A DNA stretch of 64,000 bases, from NCBI GenBank assembly GCA_963829695.1, contig CAWHJQ010000023.1:353814-417813 (forward strand), read 5' to 3'. Each line of letters begins with the position of its first letter. Position 1 is the first letter of the stretch. Positions 19,852 to 29,584 of the stretch are shown in pieces. The translations under genes were made by a program, and so were the position numbers. Under the pieces are notes generated by a model, which was not told the DNA's origin, ran no database searches, and saw only the letters and a program-made list of their open reading frames with translations. The DNA is from an uncultured delta proteobacterium. GTDB lineage: Bacteria > Desulfobacterota > Desulfobulbia > Desulfobulbales > Desulfocapsaceae.

Positions 19852-20553
19852 TTATACTCTGCTCAATAGATCTCGTTCTACAAGATTTAGAAAGTCGGTG
19901 GAAAAGTTGGAAACCTCACCGTCAATTTCGTCCAGCTTATTAGAAAAGTAGTTGTAAAAGATAACTGCAGGAATAGCAACGGCAAGACCGGCGGCGGTGG
20001 CTACAAGAGCCTCGGAAATTCCTGGAGCAACAACCGCAAGAGAGGCAGAGCCCCTCTGACCTATATCGTGAAAAGAGGCCATGATTCCCCAAACGGTACC
20101 GAACAATCCAATAAAGGGTGTCGCACTTCCGGTTGTAGCCAGAAAGGGGAGACTACTTCCGAGTTGATTCAGCTTCTGCGAGGCTGCTTTCCTGACTGCC
20201 CGTTTAAGGTTGTCCATAGTGGCAAGCTGCATGTCAAGTGTTTCCGGAGCCCTGGCGTCATTTTTTCGATTACGGATTTTATTTATTTTTTCGAGTTCAC
20301 CAAAACCGGCAATGAAAACTTCAGCCTGGGGGGCATATTCGAATTCCGAAGCGGTATTGTAAGCCTCACTAAGATTGGTGGAATTCCAGAACGTTTCAAC
20401 AAAGTCCTCCGAATCCAGACGCACTTTCTTGAATAAACGGGCTTTCATTATCACAACTGTCCAGGATAAAAGTGAAAAAATAAAAAGGGTTAGCATCACC
20501 AGCTTGCCTACCGGACCAGCATTTAAAACCATATCAGTAATTGATAATTGCAC
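19852..20553 (-). CDS. tolQ: TolQ
   Basis: PFIGLFGTVWGIM, VAPGISEALVATAAGL. Confidence 0.93.
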   Translation of the reverse strand: MQLSITDMVLNAGPVGKLVMLTLFIFSLLSWTVVIMKARLFKKVRLDSEDFVETFWNSTNLSEAYNTASEFEYAPQAEVFIAGFGELEKINKIRNRKNDARAPETLDMQLATMDNLKRAVRKAASQKLNQLGSSLPFLATTGSATPFIGLFGTVWGIMASFHDIGQRGSASLAVVAPGISEALVATAAGLAVAIPAVIFYNYFSNKLDEIDGEVSNFSTDFLNLVERDLLSRV

Positions 20554-20761
20554 GAGTGATTCCTTAATATATAGATAACATGAACTACTTGTTATTACAG
20601 TGTGTTCCGGCTAACCCGGATAGTATTAAAATAGTAATTATGGCCAATAGAATGTAAGAAATGAGGAAGCATATCTTACTTGTTTTTAATAAAAATTCAA
20701 CAAGTCAATTAATTGGGAGGAGTTTATTCAGCAGGGTCGTCACTTTATCAGCAGAGAAATA

Positions 20762-21205
20762 TTATACGTTGGAAGCGACAACTGCACAAGCGAAATCCAC
20801 CTGAACAGCCGTTTTCCCCCTGACCTTCATATTACCCTTGAAAAAGCTGACGGAAGAAATAGATTCCGTAAATTGCACCCTAATTTGCACAGTATCACCA
20901 GGCATGACAATTCTTTTGAATTTAGCATTGTTAATGCGGGTCAAAACAGGATGGGTGTGTGCATCGTACTCTTGAAATTGTTTCATCTTACCTATGAGCA
21001 GGGCACCACTCTGAAAGATAGCTTCGCAGAGAAGCACTCCGGGCATCATCGGGTTTCCAGGATAATGGCCCGAGAAAACATCCAGGTCCGCCGGAATCAT
21101 TTTTTCTGTGACAATAGTATTACCTGCAAAGGAAATGATTTTATCTACCCATAAAAAAGGTGCACGGTGAGGGATTAGGTTGGAAATTTCATCAAAAGAG
21201 TCCAT
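20762..21205 (-). CDS. 3-hydroxyacyl-ACP dehydratase, FabZ family
   Basis: IPHRAPFLWVD, GHYPGNPMMPGVLLCEAIFQ. Confidence 0.88.
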   Translation of the reverse strand: MDSFDEISNLIPHRAPFLWVDKIISFAGNTIVTEKMIPADLDVFSGHYPGNPMMPGVLLCEAIFQSGALLIGKMKQFQEYDAHTHPVLTRINNAKFKRIVMPGDTVQIRVQFTESISSVSFFKGNMKVRGKTAVQVDFACAVVASNV

Positions 21206-21208
21206 ATT

Positions 21209-21949
21209 CTACAGTCCGCCACTAATTTCCAATACCGAACCCGTGATATAGGCCGCTCGGTTACTTGCCAGAAACAACACTGCATCGGCCACCTCTTCGG
21301 GAGCTCCGAACCTACGCATCGGCACCAGTCTTTTATAGGTTGCCAATTGTTCTTTATCCAGGTTGTTGATAAAATCAGTAGCTATAAAACCGGGAGATAC
21401 ACAATTGACCGTAATTTTTTTCTTGGCAACTTCTTTTGCAAGTGTCTTCGTCAGGGCCACTTGCCCGGCCTTAGAGGCGGCATAGTTCGCTTGACCTGGA
21501 AACCCGAGGTGGGCAACCGGCGAGGTGATATTGATTATTCGGCCGTATTTGTTTTGCATCATAAGAAGCACCGCCTGTTTGGCCATAAAGAAGGTTCCAG
21601 TTAGATTGATGTCGATCACCTGTTGCCACTGCTCGGTTTGCATCAAAGCAAGTACTGCGTCTTTACGGACCCCTGCGTTATTTACCAGTACGTCGAGGGC
21701 GTGGTATTTTGCCTCCACCATCTCGAACAGGGAATTGACCTCGACCTCTTGAGAAATATTGCACTTCAGAAGATCAAGTCTTGCGGAATATTTCTGGAAT
21801 TCTTTGGAGAAAGCGGCGGCAGCTTCGGCATTACCCCCATAAATTCCAATGACGTTTGCACCAGCTTCGAGAAATTTTGCCGAAATTGCTTTGCCGATGC
21901 CCCTTGTTGCACCACTGACAATAACGGTCTGACCTGAAAAATCTTCCAT
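21209..21949 (-). CDS. 3-oxoacyl-ACP reductase, FabG family
   Basis: SGATRGIG, VNNAG, NYAASK, VNCVSPGFI. Confidence 0.9.
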   Translation of the reverse strand: MEDFSGQTVIVSGATRGIGKAISAKFLEAGANVIGIYGGNAEAAAAFSKEFQKYSARLDLLKCNISQEVEVNSLFEMVEAKYHALDVLVNNAGVRKDAVLALMQTEQWQQVIDINLTGTFFMAKQAVLLMMQNKYGRIINITSPVAHLGFPGQANYAASKAGQVALTKTLAKEVAKKKITVNCVSPGFIATDFINNLDKEQLATYKRLVPMRRFGAPEEVADAVLFLASNRAAYITGSVLEISGGL

Positions 21950-21957
21950 ATCGTTCC

Positions 21958-23361
21958 TTATGACCTGAGGAAAACGTCTACATCATTTGCCACAATAACA
22001 CCGTAGTTTATTGCTCCCAGCCAACCGGACATTATTATACCAACCGACCCAACATGAAACAGACCGGCAACTTCTTTGAAAATTGACCGAGAAATATCTA
22101 AACCTTCGAACTTAGTACCAAAGGAAGTCCCACGGGTATGCAGGGTATAGCTGTTGAAGGTTTTCGGTGTAGCGGCTTCTGCCCAGTCGATTTTTTCTTT
22201 CACGCCTGGAAGGTACTTTTCCAGATCTGATATGGATCGAGCGATAAGAGACTGTTTTTCCTGCTGGTAAGTTTCTTCGTTGAGATCTATCCAGTCTTCA
22301 TAGCGGCTGTTCATCGATGCGACTATGGTGTAATGGTCGGAACCCGGCCTGGTTTTTGGATAGTAAACGGAAAACGTCTTTGATTTGGTGTTCATGTCGA
22401 GGAGTTCCTCAGAATCAAATTCCGGCGCCTTGGAAGTAAAGAGCAGATCACCAACGTCATCGATCCTTTCGCCATCCCGTATTCCGAGATACACCTGGCA
22501 ACTTGAAGTATTGACCCTTATCTTATCGGCTTTTTCGAGGAAATCGTCAGAATATACCTCCCGATCAGTAAGATTTTTTATGGTATTGGTAATACCGCTG
22601 TTTGAAACCACAGCTTTCGAGGAAATGGTTGTCCCATTAACTGAGACACCTCTAACTCTGCCTTTTTCAGTAATGATTTTGTCAACCTTTGCCCGAGTGC
22701 AAATGGTAACACCATTTTTCTCAAGCTCGTCGGTCATCATCCCTATCAGCTTATCTGTACCGCCCTGAAAAGTGAAAACCCCTTTGTTCATAAAATTTGA
22801 GAAAACAATACCGTAAGTAATCGCCGGATCATCCAAGGTGGAACCGTTGGCATAGGTGATAGGCTCCATGAGTAATCTGTGCACATCACTTCTCCCTGGG
22901 AAAAATCGCTCGAACAACTCTCTGGTCGTCATTGTCTGGTCATCATAAAAATTCATACCGGCAACGGTTGCAAAGAATTTGTTAATTGTATCCAGAGGGA
23001 TTTTGAAATGAGACCTGAGGAGTTCGGTGAAATCTTTTTTATCAAAGGTAGTGCGCAAAGAAAACTGTGGATTGTCAAAAACGATATTCGACAATTGTAC
23101 GATCGATTGCATTATCGCCTTATTCCAGTATTTCTTGCAGGTTTTGACCATGCCGTATGGGAAACCATGCAGGGAAATATCGAAAATATGACCACGCCGT
23201 TTAAACCAGGTAGAAAGGCCGCCTAATCTATGGTGGTGTTCCAAGAGGAGGATTTTATGCCCGCAATATGCCAGGCGATTGGCTGTTGTAAGTCCGCCAA
23301 GGCCTGAGCCTATAACTATGACATCGTACTTGTTGTCCAATTGGGAAAATGACACAGGCAT
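21958..23361 (-). CDS. FAD-dependent oxidoreductase, phytoene dehydrogenase-like
   Basis: GSGLGG, LEHHHRLGG, GGTDKL, ATPKT, SGWLGA. Confidence 0.85.
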   Translation of the reverse strand: MPVSFSQLDNKYDVIVIGSGLGGLTTANRLAYCGHKILLLEHHHRLGGLSTWFKRRGHIFDISLHGFPYGMVKTCKKYWNKAIMQSIVQLSNIVFDNPQFSLRTTFDKKDFTELLRSHFKIPLDTINKFFATVAGMNFYDDQTMTTRELFERFFPGRSDVHRLLMEPITYANGSTLDDPAITYGIVFSNFMNKGVFTFQGGTDKLIGMMTDELEKNGVTICTRAKVDKIITEKGRVRGVSVNGTTISSKAVVSNSGITNTIKNLTDREVYSDDFLEKADKIRVNTSSCQVYLGIRDGERIDDVGDLLFTSKAPEFDSEELLDMNTKSKTFSVYYPKTRPGSDHYTIVASMNSRYEDWIDLNEETYQQEKQSLIARSISDLEKYLPGVKEKIDWAEAATPKTFNSYTLHTRGTSFGTKFEGLDISRSIFKEVAGLFHVGSVGIIMSGWLGAINYGVIVANDVDVFLRS

Positions 23362-23402
23362 AAAATAACAACTTGCTGAAAGAGGATCAATTAACAGTTA
23401 AC

Positions 23403-24794
23403 TTATAATTTGGGCAGGATGTGTTGATTGACGATCGATACCCCGCTGAGCATGGAACCAATAATTCCCAGAAAGCCTTGATCGGTACCGGCAAGAAAAA
23501 GATTGGTGAATCCAATATCTCCATCCTTTGTCTTTATCGGGTTTCCGTAAATAGCCCCATCAATTTTCGAAGTGTACCGCTCTATGGTAACAGGAGTAAA
23601 GGAATTTTCATATACAATATTTGCAGTGAAACTGCCAATTATATTCTCAAGACATTGACCGGATCGGTGTGAGGTCAGCATTTTTTGAGTTTTATATTGT
23701 TCTGCATTTCCCGAGAGAACCTTCCACTTGGCATAATTTGCGAGATGTGTTGAGCGGATTTCACGCAAGTCTTTAGGTAGCATTCCCTGGAAATTTCCTG
23801 GGAAGCATATGACCCCACTCGAAAAATCGACGTAATCAATAGGGTTTTTATAGGAAAATGAGCTGGAATCATTATAGAAAATAATTGTTTTGTTCCGAGG
23901 GAGGTGTGTCGCAGCTTTTTCAGGGACTTGATAGATAGTTTCGACAAAACCGAGGCGTTGGGGACTGGTGGAAGGTGATTCCCGGCTATCTCCGAGGAGA
24001 GTCATCGTTTCATCACGGCCAATTGTCGAGAGGAGATAGTCACATTCGATAAACTCCCCAGATACAAGGAGCACACCAATTGCTTTGTTTTTATGACAGA
24101 TGATCTTTTCAACGCCACAGCTCTTCCTTATTTTTCCGCCCATCGAAAGAAAGTGAGCAACCAGAATATCGAGGAAATCCTTGATAGTACCCTGAGGTCG
24201 AAACATCCCTTCTTGATATATCGCCCGAAACATAATGGCGAACTGGGACAGATCAATATCATTTTCGTGGCTGGAACCATAATACATCAAGGGACAAAGA
24301 ATCATGTCGACGAGGAGTTGATCTCCCAGCATCTCCATAAGAAACTGCTTTGTTGAGCGGAAAGAGGTGGGTAGGAAGGGGTCGAATTCATGCAGAAAGG
24401 AAAGCAACCGTTGAAATTTTTCTCGGACTTGGGGAAACTTGGTGTTGATTTCTTCTTGGAACAATTCGAAATCGTTTGAAAACTTTAATGATGTACAGCC
24501 ACGGAATACAACTTCACTTTGATGTTGTTGGCAAAAGTTAAACTCTTCTCTTCTTAGCTTTAATTGACGGAGTAGCCTGTTTAAGGGTGCTTTTTTTTCT
24601 TTAGGCCCGGCGTAGTTGGTTATAGCATGCAGACCAGTTTCATAGAGAGTGCTATTTCGGTAAAAATAAGAGTTAAGACCACCGAGCCGGGAGTGCTTTT
24701 CTAAAAGGAGAACCTGAGGATTGAAACGTGCTACTCGAATGGCGGCGGCCAAACCTGAAAGACCGCCACCAATGACCAAAAAGGGAATTCTCAC
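23403..24794 (-). CDS. FAD-dependent oxidoreductase, phytoene dehydrogenase-like (paralogue)
   Basis: GGGLSG, LEKHSRLGG, TPVTIERYT..GAIYG, GIIGSMLSG. Confidence 0.85.
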   Translation of the reverse strand: MRIPFLVIGGGLSGLAAAIRVARFNPQVLLLEKHSRLGGLNSYFYRNSTLYETGLHAITNYAGPKEKKAPLNRLLRQLKLRREEFNFCQQHQSEVVFRGCTSLKFSNDFELFQEEINTKFPQVREKFQRLLSFLHEFDPFLPTSFRSTKQFLMEMLGDQLLVDMILCPLMYYGSSHENDIDLSQFAIMFRAIYQEGMFRPQGTIKDFLDILVAHFLSMGGKIRKSCGVEKIICHKNKAIGVLLVSGEFIECDYLLSTIGRDETMTLLGDSRESPSTSPQRLGFVETIYQVPEKAATHLPRNKTIIFYNDSSSFSYKNPIDYVDFSSGVICFPGNFQGMLPKDLREIRSTHLANYAKWKVLSGNAEQYKTQKMLTSHRSGQCLENIIGSFTANIVYENSFTPVTIERYTSKIDGAIYGNPIKTKDGDIGFTNLFLAGTDQGFLGIIGSMLSGVSIVNQHILPKL

Positions 24795-24798
24795 AACA

Positions 24799-25050
24799 TC
24801 AGGCGTCTTTCAAAAGCGGTTCTAGGTAAGTTGCACAGCTATTGAGAGTGGCGAGGCGAGGATAATCTTCCTCAGGAATCTGCAGCTTATGACGTTTTCT
24901 GAGTTCCATAACGATATCAAGGAAGTCCATGGAGTCCAGATCAAGTTGGTCGCGTAAGGGTTGGTCAGCATCCAGACTTTCAAAGTCAGCTTCGTCATCA
25001 ATATCTTCAATAATTTCCAGTATCAGGTCTTTAATTTCTTCACTTGTCAT
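24799..25050 (-). CDS. Acyl carrier protein
   Basis: Acidic, 83 aa, LDSMD phosphopantetheine site. Confidence 0.92.
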   Translation of the reverse strand: MTSEEIKDLILEIIEDIDDEADFESLDADQPLRDQLDLDSMDFLDIVMELRKRHKLQIPEEDYPRLATLNSCATYLEPLLKDA

Positions 25051-25097
25051 GAAATTCTCCGGCTTCGACTTGTGGGGGTAAAAAAGTTTCGAATATT

Positions 25098-25269
25098 GAT
25101 GGCGTCGTAAAAACTCTTCATCCGAAGTCTGCGCTTATCTGGTTCGTTGTTACAATTTTTCTATCATTACGACGTACCGTATGTACGCCGAAATGATAGA
25201 AAAATTGCACGCCTCCAATATGAAGCTTTTTACTTATCCATCGGAAATCGAAGTTTTTACGAGTTTGTC
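25098..25269 (-). mobile_element. MITE family A copy 2 (reverse orientation, ~17-bp extra segment)
   Basis: Reverse complement of copy 1; AATATT duplicated on both flanks. Confidence 0.9.
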
Positions 25270-25396
25270 AATATTAATATTCCCTTAAAAGATAATGGGA
25301 GTATGTATTTTATTAATGGCAAAACACTTCCTATAACATACCTGTGCTTTCTTGTTTATATTTATTTTCACCAAAGGGAAAAATTTCGGGAAAAAA

Positions 25397-26635
25397 TTAG
25401 CAGGCAGTATATTTTCTTACGATCACCGTGGAGTTGATACCGACCATGCCAAAAGAATTATTCAGTATCGTATCGATAGAATTTGCCTGAATAGCTTTGT
25501 TGATCACTAAATTGTTGAGATTACATTCCGGATCAAGGTTTTCTATGTTGATGGTCGGGTGAACAATTCCGTCATCAAATGACGGCAGGTTTCCAGCAAG
25601 TTCTAATACGCCGGCAGCTCCCATTGCATGGCCTATGATGCTTTTTGTATTGTTTATATAGGTGGTTCGACAGTCGGGAAATACTTCACGTATCGCTTTG
25701 CATTCTTCAATATCACCTTGTTTGGTTCCAGTAGCATGGGTGTTGATAATACTAATTTCATCCGGCCGTAGTTGAGCTCTCTGTAATGCCAGGCGCATGC
25801 ACTCTGCTTGTCGCTTGCCATAAGGAAGCACAAAATCCCGAGCATCGGAGTTCATTGCATAACCGACAATCTCTCCGTATATGTGTGCACCTCTTTCCAA
25901 CGCTTTTTCAAGATATTCTAAGGTATACACACAGGCGCCTTCGGAGATGACAATGCCGTTTCTGTCCATATCGAATGGCCGGGATGCTAATCTCGGATCG
26001 TCAGCTTGTCCAAGTGCTCCCTGTGCCTTAAAACTGGCAAAGATGCCAAACGATCCAATAGATTCTGAGATACCGCCGGCAAAAGCCATATCGACTTCTT
26101 CAAGCCTCAGCATCTGTACGGCCTGGATAAGGGAAGCATTACCGGCCGCGCATGCGGCTCCGATGACGTAATGTGGACCTGTGATCCCCAGATTCATGGT
26201 AATTTCGCCGGCTGGATTGTTTAGAACCGTGCGGGGATTATGGTGGTGGGTCCAGTAATCGGTATTGTGGCCGTATTTACTGATATTATAGACTTCGTTT
26301 TCTGTTTCTACCGTGCCATGTTCGGTAAGGCCAATGTATACACCAATTTTGGATGAATCATACATTTTGATATCCAGATTACCGTTTTTCAGTGCTTCAT
26401 TGGCACAATACACTCCAAGGCAGCCGGCTCGGGTACCTTTCTTGTTTTCTTTCTTTTTTCGATAAAGTGTTTCTGGAAATGTGCATACCCCGGCCGGTGC
26501 TTTGCCAAAATATCTCAAATCGATTTCTTGGATCTCACTGATACCTTTGACCAATTTATCTCTGTATTCCTGGAGAGTTGAGCCGTTAGGTGCCGCGAGT
26601 CCAATTCCGGTGATAACTATTCTTCGATTTTTCAT
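25397..26635 (-). CDS. Beta-ketoacyl-ACP synthase, FabF family
   Basis: AACAAG, NTHATGT, KSIIGHAMGAAG, NNSFG (Cys-His-His triad). Confidence 0.92.
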   Translation of the reverse strand: MKNRRIVITGIGLAAPNGSTLQEYRDKLVKGISEIQEIDLRYFGKAPAGVCTFPETLYRKKKENKKGTRAGCLGVYCANEALKNGNLDIKMYDSSKIGVYIGLTEHGTVETENEVYNISKYGHNTDYWTHHHNPRTVLNNPAGEITMNLGITGPHYVIGAACAAGNASLIQAVQMLRLEEVDMAFAGGISESIGSFGIFASFKAQGALGQADDPRLASRPFDMDRNGIVISEGACVYTLEYLEKALERGAHIYGEIVGYAMNSDARDFVLPYGKRQAECMRLALQRAQLRPDEISIINTHATGTKQGDIEECKAIREVFPDCRTTYINNTKSIIGHAMGAAGVLELAGNLPSFDDGIVHPTINIENLDPECNLNNLVINKAIQANSIDTILNNSFGMVGINSTVIVRKYTAC

Positions 26636-26977
26636 GGTAAATAATGTCTTTTACTGAGGAGTTATTTAATGCAGAATTTCAACTGTTTTCAATGAACAGC
26701 GATGTATGCATGGCGATCGGAAAACGAGGTGTTTTCCTGAACCTTGCGTCAAGACCAAAGACCTGGAGAGTAGAGTAATTGGCTGGAAAATTCAACAAGA
26801 ATAGTGGATGAGACAATCGATGGGCGAATCCGAGGTACCGATCACGCAAATGCAGAGGGGTCTACCGTCATTTTCAAAAGTACTGGAGATGACGGTCAAG
26901 ACTGCTGGTACACCAATTTTCTTTCATCATTCTTTGTAATTGGTTACAGTATACTTATATATAACTTTATAAAAATT

Positions 26978-27132
26978 GACAAACTCGTATAAACTTCGGC
27001 TTCCGATGGATAAGTAAAAAGCTTCATATTGGAGGCGTGCAATTTTTCTATCATTTCGGCGTACATACGGTACGTCGTAATGATAGAAAAATTGTAACAA
27101 CGAACAAGATGAAGAGTTTTTACGACGCCATC
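26978..27132 (+). mobile_element. MITE family A copy 3
   Basis: Near-identical to copy 1; AAAATT duplicated on both flanks. Confidence 0.9.
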
Positions 27133-27219
27133 AAAATTTAAGAATATTTTACAAGTAATTTGGGCAGCATCTCCGTGCTAATCGATTGAGTTCTCGATCC
27201 CCTCTATGAGACATTTCTG

Positions 27220-29577
27220 ATGGAAAACAAAAATGGACCTCAAAGCGACGTCCTGGAAAATATCAAAAAAAACATAGCTGTTGCAGAGGAAGAGCGGCGA
27301 GAACTCCGGTTTATCTATACTCTTAATGACTTTGAACAGGGAAACGTTCAGGTACTGAAAAACGATGAATTTTATCAGGGACTGGAATCATATCTTTTAA
27401 ACAATTCTTCTGAAAATAAAGACAGAAGACTACAGATTTTGCTGCGTATCTGTGAAGGAGTGTTAGTTGAGGAAATCCAGATAAGAGAGAGGGCTTCTGC
27501 GTTACTTTCGTCTGTTACCGAATTCTATCTCAATACACATGACAAGGCGATAACGCTGGTATTGGTGCGTGGCCTTTGTAACTGGCTTGAATTTGAGACT
27601 GAAATGCTACCCGGTTTTGCTGTGTTGAACAGGAGACTTGGAGAGGTTTTGGTCTGGTTATTGAATAACTCTTATTGGCAGGAAACTGAAGAGGTGGTCA
27701 TTCTCCTGCACCGGATTAGGTCTGGTAGCCTAAAAAAGAGTCAGGCTATTAAAAGTCTGACAAACAAAACGTTACAGACTCTTGAAAGCAATATTATTCT
27801 TGAAAAGTTGACAGACGAGTATTTGCAGGGCAATGAACAACAACACCTTTTTAAAAATGTACTGCACTGCATCGGTCATAAGGCAGCAATTTATCTGCTC
27901 AACAGGGTTATTGTTTCCAGCAGTCGAACAGAAAAGCTTGATCTTGTTAACCTGATCTCATCGTTTGGTAAGGTAGCAGTTCCCGCCCTGGAAAGTTGCC
28001 TGAGGAGTAATCCTCCAGGGGCAGCCGTGGGAGATATTATCTATATAATTTCTGAAATCGGAAATGATGCGACGTATGATCTGATCGAGCATTATTTCGG
28101 CCATGCCGACGAACGGCTACAACATGAAATGATCCGTTGTGTCCTGAAGTTAGGCGGTAAGATGATGAGACCCCGTCTCATAAAGGGCCTCGGCTATGTA
28201 AAAGATCGCCTGAAAATTCAAATACTTCATTTGCTTGCTGAACAAGAGGACCACGACGAGAATGTTTTTAACGCACTTTTGGATTTGGCCGGCAAGACAT
28301 CAACTTTTTCTGTGCAATCCGACCATGATTTGAGGTTTGCGCTTATTACGGCTTTCAAAAAATTTCCTTGCAAAGAAACTGTTGAGCAACTCGTAAAAAT
28401 GTGGGGTGAATGCTCCAGGGGACCGGGAACCGAACAACTATTACTCTACATTGATGATGCGCTGAAGTTTATCGAACCGAAAATTAGACATAAACTTCAG
28501 CATGTAGGAGATTTCCAAGATCTGGTATCTTTTGATACCGACCCCGCACAGCAACAGCTGGCCTTCGAAAAGGTAAGGAAAACTGAGGAACAAATTCAAG
28601 TTCTTGTTCGTGCCGGTGAAATCCAGCAGGCAGGAGAATTGGTTTACGACCAGGCAATTGCTTCAGCAAAGATAAAAGATTTCTCCGTGGCAGAATTACT
28701 GCAAGACAGACTCTTGGAAATTAACCCCATGGCCCTGGAGGAGGTCATCAAGCTTGGTGAGTTCATAGAAGAACAAAAAAACACGTCAATCACCAGTCAT
28801 CACCTCGAAATCTGGCGGGAGTTGTATGAGGAAATGACCTCTGAAGAATTCAATGAACTTTATTATGCCCTGCGACAGGAAAATTATCATAAGGACGATG
28901 TAATTGTTCAATGTGGTGAGACCGACAATCATTTATATTTTCTCAACTCCGGCTATATAAGTCTCAGCTGTATTGTCGGCGGGAAAGAGATTTTCCTTAA
29001 AAGAATGCAGCCCAGCGATGTGCTTGGTGCCGATCAGTTTTTTTCTCCTTCCGTATGGACTGTTACCCTAAAAGCACTAGGAGAAACCCAGGTGCATGTT
29101 CTCAACCATGTTGAATTGGCAAAAATTTCAGAAAATTATCCCGGCATCGAGGAGAAATTACGAAAGTATTGCCGGAAGTATGCCCAAGTGCCGGAATTGC
29201 TGAAAATGTCAAGTGAAGATCGTCGGGAATATCCGCGCTATTCTGTGAATCTTCCTGTCCGAAATATTTTATTGGACCCCTACGGCAACAAGGGTAAACG
29301 AGTTTTTAACGGGCAGCTGTTCGACATATCGAAACAAGGATTAGCGTTTACCATAAAAATTTCAAGCAGGAACAATGCAAGACTGCTTCTTGGCAGGCAT
29401 ATCATGACAACCGTAATTATTGGAGATGAGGAGCTACCGCAACTCAATGGCGTTATCGTCGGCGTAAGGCTGCATGAGCCGATCATGCAGGATTTCTCTG
29501 TACATGTTAAGCTCTCAAGAAAATTTGATGAGACGTCCTTCAAGAAAATTTCATCAGTTGTAAGAAAAAATCAATAA
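27220..29577 (+). CDS. HEAT-repeat / cyclic-nucleotide-binding / PilZ domain signalling protein
   Basis: Helical repeats; cNMP-like segment (IVQCGE..LYFLNSG..GADQFF); PilZ motifs RREYPR and DISKQG. Confidence 0.78.
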   Translation: MENKNGPQSDVLENIKKNIAVAEEERRELRFIYTLNDFEQGNVQVLKNDEFYQGLESYLLNNSSENKDRRLQILLRICEGVLVEEIQIRERASALLSSVTEFYLNTHDKAITLVLVRGLCNWLEFETEMLPGFAVLNRRLGEVLVWLLNNSYWQETEEVVILLHRIRSGSLKKSQAIKSLTNKTLQTLESNIILEKLTDEYLQGNEQQHLFKNVLHCIGHKAAIYLLNRVIVSSSRTEKLDLVNLISSFGKVAVPALESCLRSNPPGAAVGDIIYIISEIGNDATYDLIEHYFGHADERLQHEMIRCVLKLGGKMMRPRLIKGLGYVKDRLKIQILHLLAEQEDHDENVFNALLDLAGKTSTFSVQSDHDLRFALITAFKKFPCKETVEQLVKMWGECSRGPGTEQLLLYIDDALKFIEPKIRHKLQHVGDFQDLVSFDTDPAQQQLAFEKVRKTEEQIQVLVRAGEIQQAGELVYDQAIASAKIKDFSVAELLQDRLLEINPMALEEVIKLGEFIEEQKNTSITSHHLEIWRELYEEMTSEEFNELYYALRQENYHKDDVIVQCGETDNHLYFLNSGYISLSCIVGGKEIFLKRMQPSDVLGADQFFSPSVWTVTLKALGETQVHVLNHVELAKISENYPGIEEKLRKYCRKYAQVPELLKMSSEDRREYPRYSVNLPVRNILLDPYGNKGKRVFNGQLFDISKQGLAFTIKISSRNNARLLLGRHIMTTVIIGDEELPQLNGVIVGVRLHEPIMQDFSVHVKLSRKFDETSFKKISSVVRKNQ

Positions 29578-29584
29578 TTACTAT

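Noticed and set aside
26700-26860. 6S RNA
   Set aside because: Only the terminal stem pairs; no extended rod with central bubble and no typical gene context.
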